Shown piece after piece: positions 1 through 8,949 of a stretch of DNA of 64,000 bases. Source of the stretch: Candidatus Hermodarchaeota archaeon. Its GTDB lineage: Archaea; Asgardarchaeota; Lokiarchaeia; Sigyniarchaeales; SOKP01. The notes under the pieces were generated by a model. That model was given only the letters and a program-made list of their open reading frames with translations, searched no databases and was not told the DNA's origin. The position numbers and the translations under genes are program-made. The stretch's first letter is position 1. Every line of letters begins with the position of its first letter. The stretch spans positions 22,207 through 86,206 of the forward strand of contig JBHLLG010000008.1 in the NCBI GenBank assembly GCA_048885925.1. The letters are read 5' to 3'.

Positions 1-89
1 TTTTCAAACCTTTTTATTAAAGAATTAAACATTATGGCAGTTTTAGGCTGTTCAATGTCAATCCAAATCCTTTTACCAGATAAACTCAT
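1..89 (-). CDS. 5' part of DUF354-like (glycosyltransferase-fold) protein, truncated by window edge
   Basis: Manual translation from ATG at 89: MSLSGKRIWIDIEQPKTAIMFNSLIKRFE, resembling the KIWIDI..PK N-terminus of archaeal DUF354 proteins. Confidence 0.55.
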   Translation of the reverse strand, partial: MSLSGKRIWIDIEQPKTAIMFNSLIKRFE

Positions 90-194
90 ATTAAATAGTG
101 AAAAGAGATTATAATTAAATTCTTTATTATGAATTAAAATATAGTTTCTAGAAATATTGAAAGTTTATAGTATTTTCTTAAAATTATAAATTAT

Positions 195-488
195 TTACTC
201 CTTACAAATACATGGATTTGATTCACATTTAATACAAATGTTTGGATACTTACTTGATAAAGCATATTCAAGATTAATGTCTAATAAATTAGCTAATGAA
301 CTTGTCCAGGCGATTACATCAGCCAATTCCTCCGAAACATGTTTTTTATCAATTTTTTCGCATCTTAAAACCTGTGCTAATTCTCCAATTTCTTCTATTA
401 ACCATAGGAAGGTACCCCTTATACCTCTATTTTTATCTCGAAGCAAATAAAGATCTTTAATTAAATCTTGAAATTCAGAGATTTTCAT
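195..488 (-). CDS. MazG-like nucleotide pyrophosphohydrolase
   Basis: EEIGELAQ...EELADV motif; C-terminal CxxC..PCxC typical of small archaeal MazG-family proteins. Confidence 0.85.
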   Translation of the reverse strand: MKISEFQDLIKDLYLLRDKNRGIRGTFLWLIEEIGELAQVLRCEKIDKKHVSEELADVIAWTSSLANLLDINLEYALSSKYPNICIKCESNPCICKE

Positions 489-533
489 GGAGATTAACCT
501 ATTAAAATATAATTAAGATTAATAATATTATGC

Positions 534-749
534 TCAACCGGGAGCAAAAAGCCATTCAAAAACACCAACGTGAGCTAATACTACTATTAGGATTAAGGCA
601 ACGGACAAAAGAATAGTGCTTATAGGTCCTATTTTCATTCCAATTGAACTATCTTGGAAGAATCTCATTAATCCTGCTCCAGCTAATGGCATAGGTGCAC
701 TTCCACTTCTTCTTTTTTTTCGTCTTGATTGAGCTCGAGAACTTGACAT
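534..749 (-). CDS. secG: Preprotein translocase subunit Sec61-beta/SecG
   Basis: Basic N-terminus, AGLMRFF-x5-MKIGP motif, single C-terminal TM; likely start ATG at 749. Confidence 0.9.
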   Translation of the reverse strand: MSSSRAQSRRKKRRSGSAPMPLAGAGLMRFFQDSSIGMKIGPISTILLSVALILIVVLAHVGVFEWLFAPG

Positions 750-904
750 ACCTAAGAGCAACTTAAAATTATGTAAAAATTATTTATTAAATTAATTACT
801 AAAAACATATAAAACTTTATCTTGAATTATAAAAAAAAATATCATAAATCTTTATATTCTTTATTAATTATTCTTAGATAATTTAAGGAATTAATTATGG
901 TAGC

Positions 905-2752
905 ATGATAAAAAGAGAAAAATTATTGCGGGTATTCATCGGACTTCTATTAATTATATTAGTATTATCATTCATAGGGGATAATTTAACACTAAAAAAT
1001 ACAAGCTATAACAAAAATAATGATTTAAATTTATCTTCTAGCTTAGAAGGAATTGAAAATGTAGTAATTACAAGAGTTGTAAGACAAGTTAATATAAGTG
1101 GTTATGGTACTTTAATATTTGAAGATACATTAGATGTTAAAAATTTAAACAACAATCCAATTTCTTCAATTTTTATTTGTCTGCCGTCATATGATTATGA
1201 AGATCTTACTTTTTTTCAAGCAAAAGGAATAAACCAAAATACGTTATTAGCAGAACGTACCAATATGAAAATGAATGATTTTGAAATGATAATTGTTTAT
1301 TTTGATTCCCCATTATTGCCGCATCAAACAAAAACTATTTTATTTAAGTACATATACAAGGACGTTTTAAGTTATTATACAATAGATAAACAATACGTAG
1401 GGTTTTTAATGAATGTTTTTCCACTTTTACCCTATAAATTAGACGGAGAAATTACAACAAACATTAAAATCCCTGAAGGAGCTGAGGATGTAATTAATGA
1501 TTGGGGCCAATATCTTCCCGAAGCTTACAGGATAGTCTTTAGATTTGATTATATTAAATTTGAAATTGGAGCTTTTTATGTAAGTCCTTTCTTGGAGAAT
1601 TTAGGTGACAGAAAAATAGTTCAAATATCTTTTTCTGACAATATACGAACGAATATAGAAATGAATGAAATAAATCGTGAAATATTCATCTCTCCTTGGG
1701 GAATATTAAGGATTAGAGAAGAATTTTCTGTACATAATTTAGGAGAAATAGATGCCTATACTCTCTCATTACGAGTACCCAAAGATGCAAGGAATATCTA
1801 CATATCTGATTTTTTAGGAGAAATCCAAGGAATTTCATTTTTAGATATCGAAATATTCAACTATAAAAGAGCGGATATTGAATTAATGGAAAATCGTGTA
1901 AGGTTAACACCTAATTCAACTTATAGTTTTAATGTGGAATATTATTTACCATTTGAAAAATATATTTCCATGAATTGGTTCCAACAATCAATTCAAATTG
2001 ATTTATTAACAACTACCTTTGAGTATTTAGGAAGAGATCAAACGACTAAAATAATAATTGAAGGGTGTTATACCATTAGTTCAATTACTGATCCTCCAGA
2101 TGCAATTCAAAAGTCTAAAGGGACTACAATAATCATATATAGAGCAGACATTGTTAATCCAACCGAGACTAAAGTAATACAATTAACGTTTACTCTTGAT
2201 ATTTTTGAATTAATTCTGAGGCCTATTACCTTTATTTTAATTATATCTGTAATCGCCTCTATCTTTGTATTACTTATTAAAACGAGAAAAAAGGAGCGTG
2301 ATATCACTATTTTAGAAACAAAATTTATACCTGTTAATGAAATCAGAGAATTTTGCTCACTGACAGAAGAAAAAAATGCTTTAATCTTGGAAATTAGACA
2401 AGCGGAAGAAGATTCAAAACGTAAAAAAATGGCAAAAAAGAAATATAAAAATATCCTTGACAAAAATACTGCCAAAATCGAAGAGATACAAAAGGAAGTG
2501 ATGTCATTCAAAAAAGCTTTGATAGAAGCCGGTGAAACGTTTGAAAGTGTCATAAAAAGGTTAGATGTTCTAGATGCAGAAAGGTTAAGTATTCAAGATA
2601 GTTTATCACTCTTAGAATCTAGATATAAAAGAGGTAGATTACCCTCAAGAGCGGCTTACATTAAATTATCAAATGATTTCAAAAAAAGAAGGAAAAAAAT
2701 AGATAGAACTATTGATAGATACATTCAGCAATTAAGGAGTTATCTATTGTAA
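905..2752 (+). CDS. Ribophorin I (OST subunit Rpn1/Ost1)-like protein
   Basis: N-terminal signal/TM, two lumenal beta domains (RQVNISGYG; REIFISPWG..IREEF as in ribophorin I), TM near aa 440, cytosolic coiled coil. Confidence 0.75.
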   Translation: MIKREKLLRVFIGLLLIILVLSFIGDNLTLKNTSYNKNNDLNLSSSLEGIENVVITRVVRQVNISGYGTLIFEDTLDVKNLNNNPISSIFICLPSYDYEDLTFFQAKGINQNTLLAERTNMKMNDFEMIIVYFDSPLLPHQTKTILFKYIYKDVLSYYTIDKQYVGFLMNVFPLLPYKLDGEITTNIKIPEGAEDVINDWGQYLPEAYRIVFRFDYIKFEIGAFYVSPFLENLGDRKIVQISFSDNIRTNIEMNEINREIFISPWGILRIREEFSVHNLGEIDAYTLSLRVPKDARNIYISDFLGEIQGISFLDIEIFNYKRADIELMENRVRLTPNSTYSFNVEYYLPFEKYISMNWFQQSIQIDLLTTTFEYLGRDQTTKIIIEGCYTISSITDPPDAIQKSKGTTIIIYRADIVNPTETKVIQLTFTLDIFELILRPITFILIISVIASIFVLLIKTRKKERDITILETKFIPVNEIREFCSLTEEKNALILEIRQAEEDSKRKKMAKKKYKNILDKNTAKIEEIQKEVMSFKKALIEAGETFESVIKRLDVLDAERLSIQDSLSLLESRYKRGRLPSRAAYIKLSNDFKKRRKKIDRTIDRYIQQLRSYLL

Positions 2753-2775
2753 AATCTATTTGTGTGTATAATTTT

Positions 2776-3399
2776 ATGAAACCATGGCTTTTTGATTTAT
2801 TGGCTTGCCCTATAGATAAATATTTTCCTCTAAAATTATACATTTTTTCTTTTGAGAATAAACCAGAAGAAATTCAATCTATTATTAATATTTATAAAAA
2901 CAGAGATATCAATTATATTAAAAGTGAAGAAATGGTTAATATTTCTCAAGAAAATAACGAATTTTTCATAAAAGATAACATAATTATCGAAAAAACTAAT
3001 CTTAACTCCTATCTTGAGCTAGTAATTTCGAGCATAGATGAATTTGAAAATATTTTTGATAAATCTAATAATCCCATTAGTGAAAAATGTATTAAAATTA
3101 TGAAATCTGATATTAAATCAAAAATTAAAGGTTTTTCTCCAATATCTGATTTAAATAATTTTGAAAAGATCTTACCTGAATTATTTTTTATAAATAAAAT
3201 CAAATTAGAAATTGAAATCGAAGCTGGAATACTGGTTTGTCCTAAATGTAAACGCTGGTATCCTATTATTGAAACCATCCCACAAATGTTACCTGATAAA
3301 TATCGTGATGAAAAAAATGAAATTGAATTTCTAAAAAAGCATAAAAATTTATTAGATGAAAAATTCTTTAATCAAGATCTTAAACCATTTAGGATTTAA
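2776..3399 (+). CDS. Trm112-like methyltransferase activator with long insertion
   Basis: MKPWLFDLLACPIDK...EIEAGILVCPKCKRWYPIIETIPQML; ATG at 2776. Confidence 0.85.
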   Translation: MKPWLFDLLACPIDKYFPLKLYIFSFENKPEEIQSIINIYKNRDINYIKSEEMVNISQENNEFFIKDNIIIEKTNLNSYLELVISSIDEFENIFDKSNNPISEKCIKIMKSDIKSKIKGFSPISDLNNFEKILPELFFINKIKLEIEIEAGILVCPKCKRWYPIIETIPQMLPDKYRDEKNEIEFLKKHKNLLDEKFFNQDLKPFRI

Positions 3400-3447
3400 A
3401 AATAACTCTATAAAGATCTCATAGATTCATCCTAAATTTAACCTATA

Positions 3448-3581
3448 AGCCCGGTGGTGTAGATTAATACATTTTTTTTTGTATTAAGCAAAATGGCCAA
3501 GCATTTGGGGCTTTGAACCCCGCGACTATACTCCTCCCTGTAAGGTGTATAGCGAACACGGTTCGAATCCGTGCCGGGCTA
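3448..3581 (+). tRNA. tRNA-Gln(TTG) with two non-canonical introns (~3463-3493 D-loop; ~3527-3556 variable-loop/T-stem junction)
   Basis: Acceptor AGCCCGG/CCGGGCT, anticodon arm TGGGG-CTTTGAA-CCCCG, T-arm CACGG-TTCGAAT-CCGTG; both inserts are hairpins in BHB-like contexts. Confidence 0.88.
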
Positions 3582-3697
3582 TTCAATTAATAAATTAAAT
3601 TTAAAAAATAAAAGCTTTAATAAATCACATATTTTAGTTTTTATCTTTAAATTAGTTAATTGAATTAGATTTCTTAAAAAAAAATTAAAAAATTTCA

Positions 3698-5080
3698 ATG
3701 AAATATCTCTCAGACCTAAATTGGAGTATTTTGGAAATTTTCTTTTTAATCATCATATTCATTATTGGATTTTTGGTCACCTACATTATTCTCCCTTACA
3801 TAATAAAATTCATGAAAAGAAAAGGATACGTAGGTATTGATATACATAAAAATTCTAAACCTGAAATTTCTGAATCTGGTGGACTTGCAATAGTAATAGG
3901 TTTTACATTTTGTTCTTTTTTTTTAATTTTATTTTTTCCCGCTTTTTTTAACGAAATAATAGTTTTTCTTTTAACAGTTTTGCTAACTGGGCTTATAGGA
4001 TTTATTGATGACCGTAAAAAATTACGTTCACGATATAAAATAGCTTTATCAATATTTTCTGGTGGAATTATATTTTTAGCAAATATATATGGAATTATAA
4101 ACATATCATCTCCAACAATTCCTTTTCTGTATCAGACTAGATTGACAATTATATATCCATTTTTAATTCCAATAATAGTAGCAGTCTTTGCTAATACAGT
4201 GAATATGTTAGAAGGATATAATGGTGAAGGATCAGGAACTTGTTTGATTGCAGTTTGTTTTTTATTTGTTTGTGGCATATTGTGGAATTCTGCTGAAGCA
4301 ATAATTTTTACAGTTCCAGTAATAGCTGTTTTAATTCCTTTTTACTTATTTAATAAGTATCCTGCAAAAACTTTTCCAGGTGATATTGGAACTTTAAGTA
4401 TGGGAGTAATGATTGCATGTATTATGCTATTTGGATCATTAGAAGTAGCTACATTTTGTGCATTTTTAATCCATATTTTAAATAGTTTTTATTATATATA
4501 TTCTGTGAAAGGATTTTTTGAAAGTAGTGATATTAGAGAAACTAAAGAGGACATCATTTTATTAGAAGATGATCAGATAAAAGCATCAGATCAGAAAGAT
4601 GCTGTATTAACCTTACCTAGATTAATACTAGCTAAAGGACCCTTAAAAGAATCAAAATTGGTGAAAAATTTTTATGCTATCTCCTTAATATGTGGCTTTT
4701 TTTCGATACTCTCTATCTTATTAATACAATTCACATTGGGAATTTTTAATATTTACATCTTAATAATACCTTTCATTATTTTTTTAGCCCCTACAATTTT
4801 AATTTTATATAAATTCCCCAGAATCAGAGGTATAATTCTTTTAATGATAATATTACTAATTTCTCTTTTATTATTCTTATTATTTATTAAATCTGTAATA
4901 ATGCCTATTCCATTTCCTGATATTGACCTTAAAGTAATTCAAATCCCCGTTAATCTATTAATTTCATTAATTTTAGTAATCCCTATCTTATTACTTTGGT
5001 ATCTAATTACTATAAAATATTTCTGGACAGAAATAAATAAAATGAAAAAATTTGAAGCTAGACATAAAACTTTAACTTAA
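3698..5080 (+). CDS. UDP-GlcNAc:dolichyl-phosphate GlcNAc-1-P transferase (GPT/AglH/ALG7 family)
   Basis: GIDIHK, ESGG, GFIDD, NTVNMLEGYNG, FNKYPAKTFPGDIG motifs; extra C-terminal TM helices. Confidence 0.85.
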   Translation: MKYLSDLNWSILEIFFLIIIFIIGFLVTYIILPYIIKFMKRKGYVGIDIHKNSKPEISESGGLAIVIGFTFCSFFLILFFPAFFNEIIVFLLTVLLTGLIGFIDDRKKLRSRYKIALSIFSGGIIFLANIYGIINISSPTIPFLYQTRLTIIYPFLIPIIVAVFANTVNMLEGYNGEGSGTCLIAVCFLFVCGILWNSAEAIIFTVPVIAVLIPFYLFNKYPAKTFPGDIGTLSMGVMIACIMLFGSLEVATFCAFLIHILNSFYYIYSVKGFFESSDIRETKEDIILLEDDQIKASDQKDAVLTLPRLILAKGPLKESKLVKNFYAISLICGFFSILSILLIQFTLGIFNIYILIIPFIIFLAPTILILYKFPRIRGIILLMIILLISLLLFLLFIKSVIMPIPFPDIDLKVIQIPVNLLISLILVIPILLLWYLITIKYFWTEINKMKKFEARHKTLT

Positions 5081-5130
5081 CAACTAATAATCTATATTAA
5101 AAAAATGTAGGATAATAAAAGGTATTCTCT

Positions 5131-7668
5131 TTGAAAAAAATCATTAGATATTTTCTTTTAATTACATATCTTTTCTGCTCTATTGGACTTTTTTTTATAT
5201 TAAATACATTAATTTTTGATTTTAAGTTAGCAACGCTTCTAATTGATTGGACATTTTTAATATCTCTTCTTTTATATTGTTTAACTATTGAAGAATTTTA
5301 TCATTGGGTTAAAAATGGCAAAAGAAGTGAAATGAGTGATATTGTGGCTATAACATTTTTCTTTTTTCTTATATTTTTCTTTTCAAAAGATTTTTTAACA
5401 TCAATAATGGGTTCTTTTTCAATATATTTATGGATAGGGATTTTTGAACTGAAAGATTATCCCGTTTTGAATAAAATTTTAATCATCTCTTTAATAACTT
5501 ATAACGTTATTTTTATAGCAGGACTTTTTTCATTTTACCTTGAAGATCCATTTTTTATAAACACAAGTTTTGCTTTTTCTTTTTGGATAATTCTTCTTCT
5601 TGGATTCATGCTATTCGGGAGAAAGTATATTATTATTTGGCGATTTATGAGTCCTGAATATTTAACCTTATTTTTATATATTATTGCTTGGTTAGCTGTG
5701 GTCTTCATTAACCAATATACTCCTTTTACTTTTATTGTAGATAAAAATTTTGGCTCTCCGGGATATTCAATTCTCGATTTTTTTATGAATATTTACTTTA
5801 TCTTAATAATTGTCAATTGGATAACATATTTTTTATCAGGTTTTATTTTGGATAAATTACTGGGAATTAAGAGAGTTAAAGATGAAAATTTATTAAATAT
5901 CACATATAAAATAAAAAGTGATATTGGAATCAAAAGTAAAGTGAAATTAGGTTTTGGAAAATATCCAATCTTAAATGCTATGGCTTATGGTTCTTTTTTT
6001 GATAAAAGAATTGCCGTAATAGCTGAAGATATAGATACTATTCCTGAAGATGAGTTAAAAGGGATTATTGCTCATGAATTGGCACATACCAAAGGAAGAC
6101 ACACGCTTATTTTAACTTTAATCACCTCTGCTGATCTTTTTATAAGAATGCTCTTTGGAATTCCTGCTACTTTTTATGATTATACCTTTGGAAATCCTCG
6201 GATTCCAATGATAAGTTTTATACTTTTAAATATCATAATTTACATCTTTCTTTTTATATTTGTTAGAGTTTTAGAAGGAAGAGCGGATTTAATAGTAAAG
6301 AAAGTAGGATATGCTAACGAACTGGCCAAAGCACTCTATAACTTAGAAAGCTTTTATGCATCCGGACGCGAAATTGGATTAAATACTATGCTTTTATGTG
6401 ATGAAAAAATAACAAAAGACAATCAATTATTAGATTATATAAGCACAGCTTTTTATTTAAATCATTCAATGATAAAACCATCTAAAGCATCACTTTTAGC
6501 CAATTTAATTAATTCACACCCTCCCAGTTATTATAGAATTGCTGCAATTTTAGGTAATGAATTGAAACCTAGTAAAGAAGCTATCCTTCCTTTTATTTGT
6601 TTAAAGAAATCTAAACAAAAAAAATATGCAGGAAAATTTAAAGATGCACGAGAAAAATTCAAAATTATTGCAAATCAAAAATTTAAAGAATTATTTAATG
6701 TAAATGATATTTCTTTTTTAATGAATCAATTGAAAAGAAAAGATTTATATCAATTTGACATTCAAAAAACTTTTTTATTTAAAAATTTAATTACAAATGA
6801 AGTTATTAATGGTAAGTTGAAGGATGTTCAATTTATTGACGATATCACAGATCCTGATCAACTCATTGTTATAAATTTAAAAAATTCTCATATACATTAT
6901 TTAAATTCATCTTTATATTCACGTGTTCAATATGACCTTAATGAACAATACTTTTTGAATAAAAAAATTCCATTAATTTTGAAAGAAATTTATTTGGATG
7001 ACAATAATAAAAAGGGATATTATTATTTCAAAGATAAAAATAATAATGATATTAAAAAACCTATTATTAAAACAAAATTACCAAATTCTCTTTCGGTTAT
7101 TAAAAATTTCAAAGAACATGAAATATTTTTTAAAATTAAAGGAAATCTAAAAATTTTAACATGTAAAAAAATAATTCCAGCCAATAATTTAAAAGATTTT
7201 AAATTGGAGCTTGTTGATAATGAAAAAGATGATGAAAGAATAATAATATATTCTCTTAACGAGCTAATAATTCGACCGAAAAAAATTTATGTGGCAATAA
7301 GTAAAAGTGATATTTTTCGAGAATCTGAAATAAATGTAATAAATTGGCTTTCTAAGAGATACCTAAAATCATTTATTTATCTCAAAAAACCTGTAAATAA
7401 TTTAGAAATTGGATATATTCAGGGTATAGATTTCATTTCACAGGAATTTAAGAAAAAATCTATCAACCAAATGAATATAAATGAGTATTTCATAAGTGTG
7501 CACAATATTTTTGGTAGGAAAATAAGAATTCCTTACAATAAGTTAGAATTAATAAGTTTTGAATACTATGGTGCGATGATTCAACTAAAAGCATCGACTA
7601 GCTTTTCAAGTCGCTTAGGATATAAGATATTAAAAAGGTCAAAACCAGATAGAGTAATTATAACTTGA
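5131..7668 (+). CDS. Membrane M48 (HtpX/Ste24-like) zinc metalloprotease with large C-terminal domain
   Basis: Multiple TMs, NAMAYG, AHELAH (HExxH), EGRAD, SHPP..YRI motifs. Confidence 0.8.
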   Translation: MKKIIRYFLLITYLFCSIGLFFILNTLIFDFKLATLLIDWTFLISLLLYCLTIEEFYHWVKNGKRSEMSDIVAITFFFFLIFFFSKDFLTSIMGSFSIYLWIGIFELKDYPVLNKILIISLITYNVIFIAGLFSFYLEDPFFINTSFAFSFWIILLLGFMLFGRKYIIIWRFMSPEYLTLFLYIIAWLAVVFINQYTPFTFIVDKNFGSPGYSILDFFMNIYFILIIVNWITYFLSGFILDKLLGIKRVKDENLLNITYKIKSDIGIKSKVKLGFGKYPILNAMAYGSFFDKRIAVIAEDIDTIPEDELKGIIAHELAHTKGRHTLILTLITSADLFIRMLFGIPATFYDYTFGNPRIPMISFILLNIIIYIFLFIFVRVLEGRADLIVKKVGYANELAKALYNLESFYASGREIGLNTMLLCDEKITKDNQLLDYISTAFYLNHSMIKPSKASLLANLINSHPPSYYRIAAILGNELKPSKEAILPFICLKKSKQKKYAGKFKDAREKFKIIANQKFKELFNVNDISFLMNQLKRKDLYQFDIQKTFLFKNLITNEVINGKLKDVQFIDDITDPDQLIVINLKNSHIHYLNSSLYSRVQYDLNEQYFLNKKIPLILKEIYLDDNNKKGYYYFKDKNNNDIKKPIIKTKLPNSLSVIKNFKEHEIFFKIKGNLKILTCKKIIPANNLKDFKLELVDNEKDDERIIIYSLNELIIRPKKIYVAISKSDIFRESEINVINWLSKRYLKSFIYLKKPVNNLEIGYIQGIDFISQEFKKKSINQMNINEYFISVHNIFGRKIRIPYNKLELISFEYYGAMIQLKASTSFSSRLGYKILKRSKPDRVIIT

Positions 7669-8639
7669 AAAAATTTAATAAAAATGTCTTTTTCAATAAA
7701 TTTATTATGCCTAGCAAAATTAAAAGTATTTTTCATCTTTTAAGAATTCGGCAATATTATAAAAATGTCATGATTTTTGCTGGAATATTTTTTAGTCAAA
7801 GATTATTTGAAATATCACTTTATTATAATTTAATAATTGGTTTTATCTTACTATGTTGTGCTTCTTCAATTAATTATATAATAAATGATATACGAGATAT
7901 TGAAAAAGATAAAAACCATCCAGAAAAAATCAGAAAGAGACCTCTTGCTTCTGGTGAACTTTCGGTTTTTTTTGCAATTATAATTTTACTAATTTTAACG
8001 TTTGTAATTATATTTTGCTTGATTTTTATAATTCCAAATATTGTATTAATCTTTATGATCTGTTTTGTAATCCTTACCGGTCAGCTTTATAATCACCTTT
8101 TTAAAAATTATGCTTTTATAGATATTTTAGTTTTATCAACAGGATATTTATGGAGAGCATTAGCTGGATGTGCTATAATTAATGAATACGTTTCCGCTTG
8201 GCTCCTCTTAGCAATTTTTGAGATTGCTTTATTTTTAAGTATTGCTAAAAGAAAGGGAGATTTAAATTTGCTAGGAATAGAAAAAGCAATTGAGCATAAG
8301 AAAGTTTATGACCAATACTCTATTAGAATATTAGATCAATTTCATGTATTAATAGCAAGTTCTCTTTTTGTAACCTATTCAATTTATTTGATTCTTAAAT
8401 TTAATCTCGATATACCAGGAAGTGATAATTTACATAAATATATCGTTATTTTTACGATACCAATTTTACTCTATATCATCATGAGATTTATGTATCTAAC
8501 TTCATCTAAACCTGAGATTGCTCGCCATGCAGAAAAAGCTTTTTTTGATAAAGGGTTGATGATTGCCATCCTTTTTTTATTAGCAATTCTATTTTCTACC
8601 TTTTATTTTGAAGAAATTGTCGAAATCCTAAATTTGTAG
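7665..8639 (+). CDS. UbiA-family prenyltransferase (decaprenyl-phosphate phosphoribosyltransferase-like)
   Basis: RIRQYYKN, YIINDIRDIEKDKNHPEK..RPLASG, KRKGD motifs; true start may be ATG 7707. Confidence 0.85.
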   Translation: MKKFNKNVFFNKFIMPSKIKSIFHLLRIRQYYKNVMIFAGIFFSQRLFEISLYYNLIIGFILLCCASSINYIINDIRDIEKDKNHPEKIRKRPLASGELSVFFAIIILLILTFVIIFCLIFIIPNIVLIFMICFVILTGQLYNHLFKNYAFIDILVLSTGYLWRALAGCAIINEYVSAWLLLAIFEIALFLSIAKRKGDLNLLGIEKAIEHKKVYDQYSIRILDQFHVLIASSLFVTYSIYLILKFNLDIPGSDNLHKYIVIFTIPILLYIIMRFMYLTSSKPEIARHAEKAFFDKGLMIAILFLLAILFSTFYFEEIVEILNL

Positions 8640-8949
8640 CTTATTTTTCCCATTTTTCTCCCATTTCACTCTGTTTTATTAAATTTTAATTGAAATTTTA
8701 ATAAAGATTTTTAATTAGAATCTTTATAAAAATGACAGATTTAATTACTTAATAAATCTACTTCGAGAAAAAATATAAACCATAGAAAATTTGAAAATTT
8801 AGCACGCTTGAAAAGATCTTTATTAATGTACTTTAATTTCAAAAAATATTAAAAAAAAAAAGATAAAACTTATAAGTTTATGAATTTAAAACATAACTTA
8901 ACTAAAAAATCTAATAAAAATAAAATTAAATTTTATATGTGATAATGAT

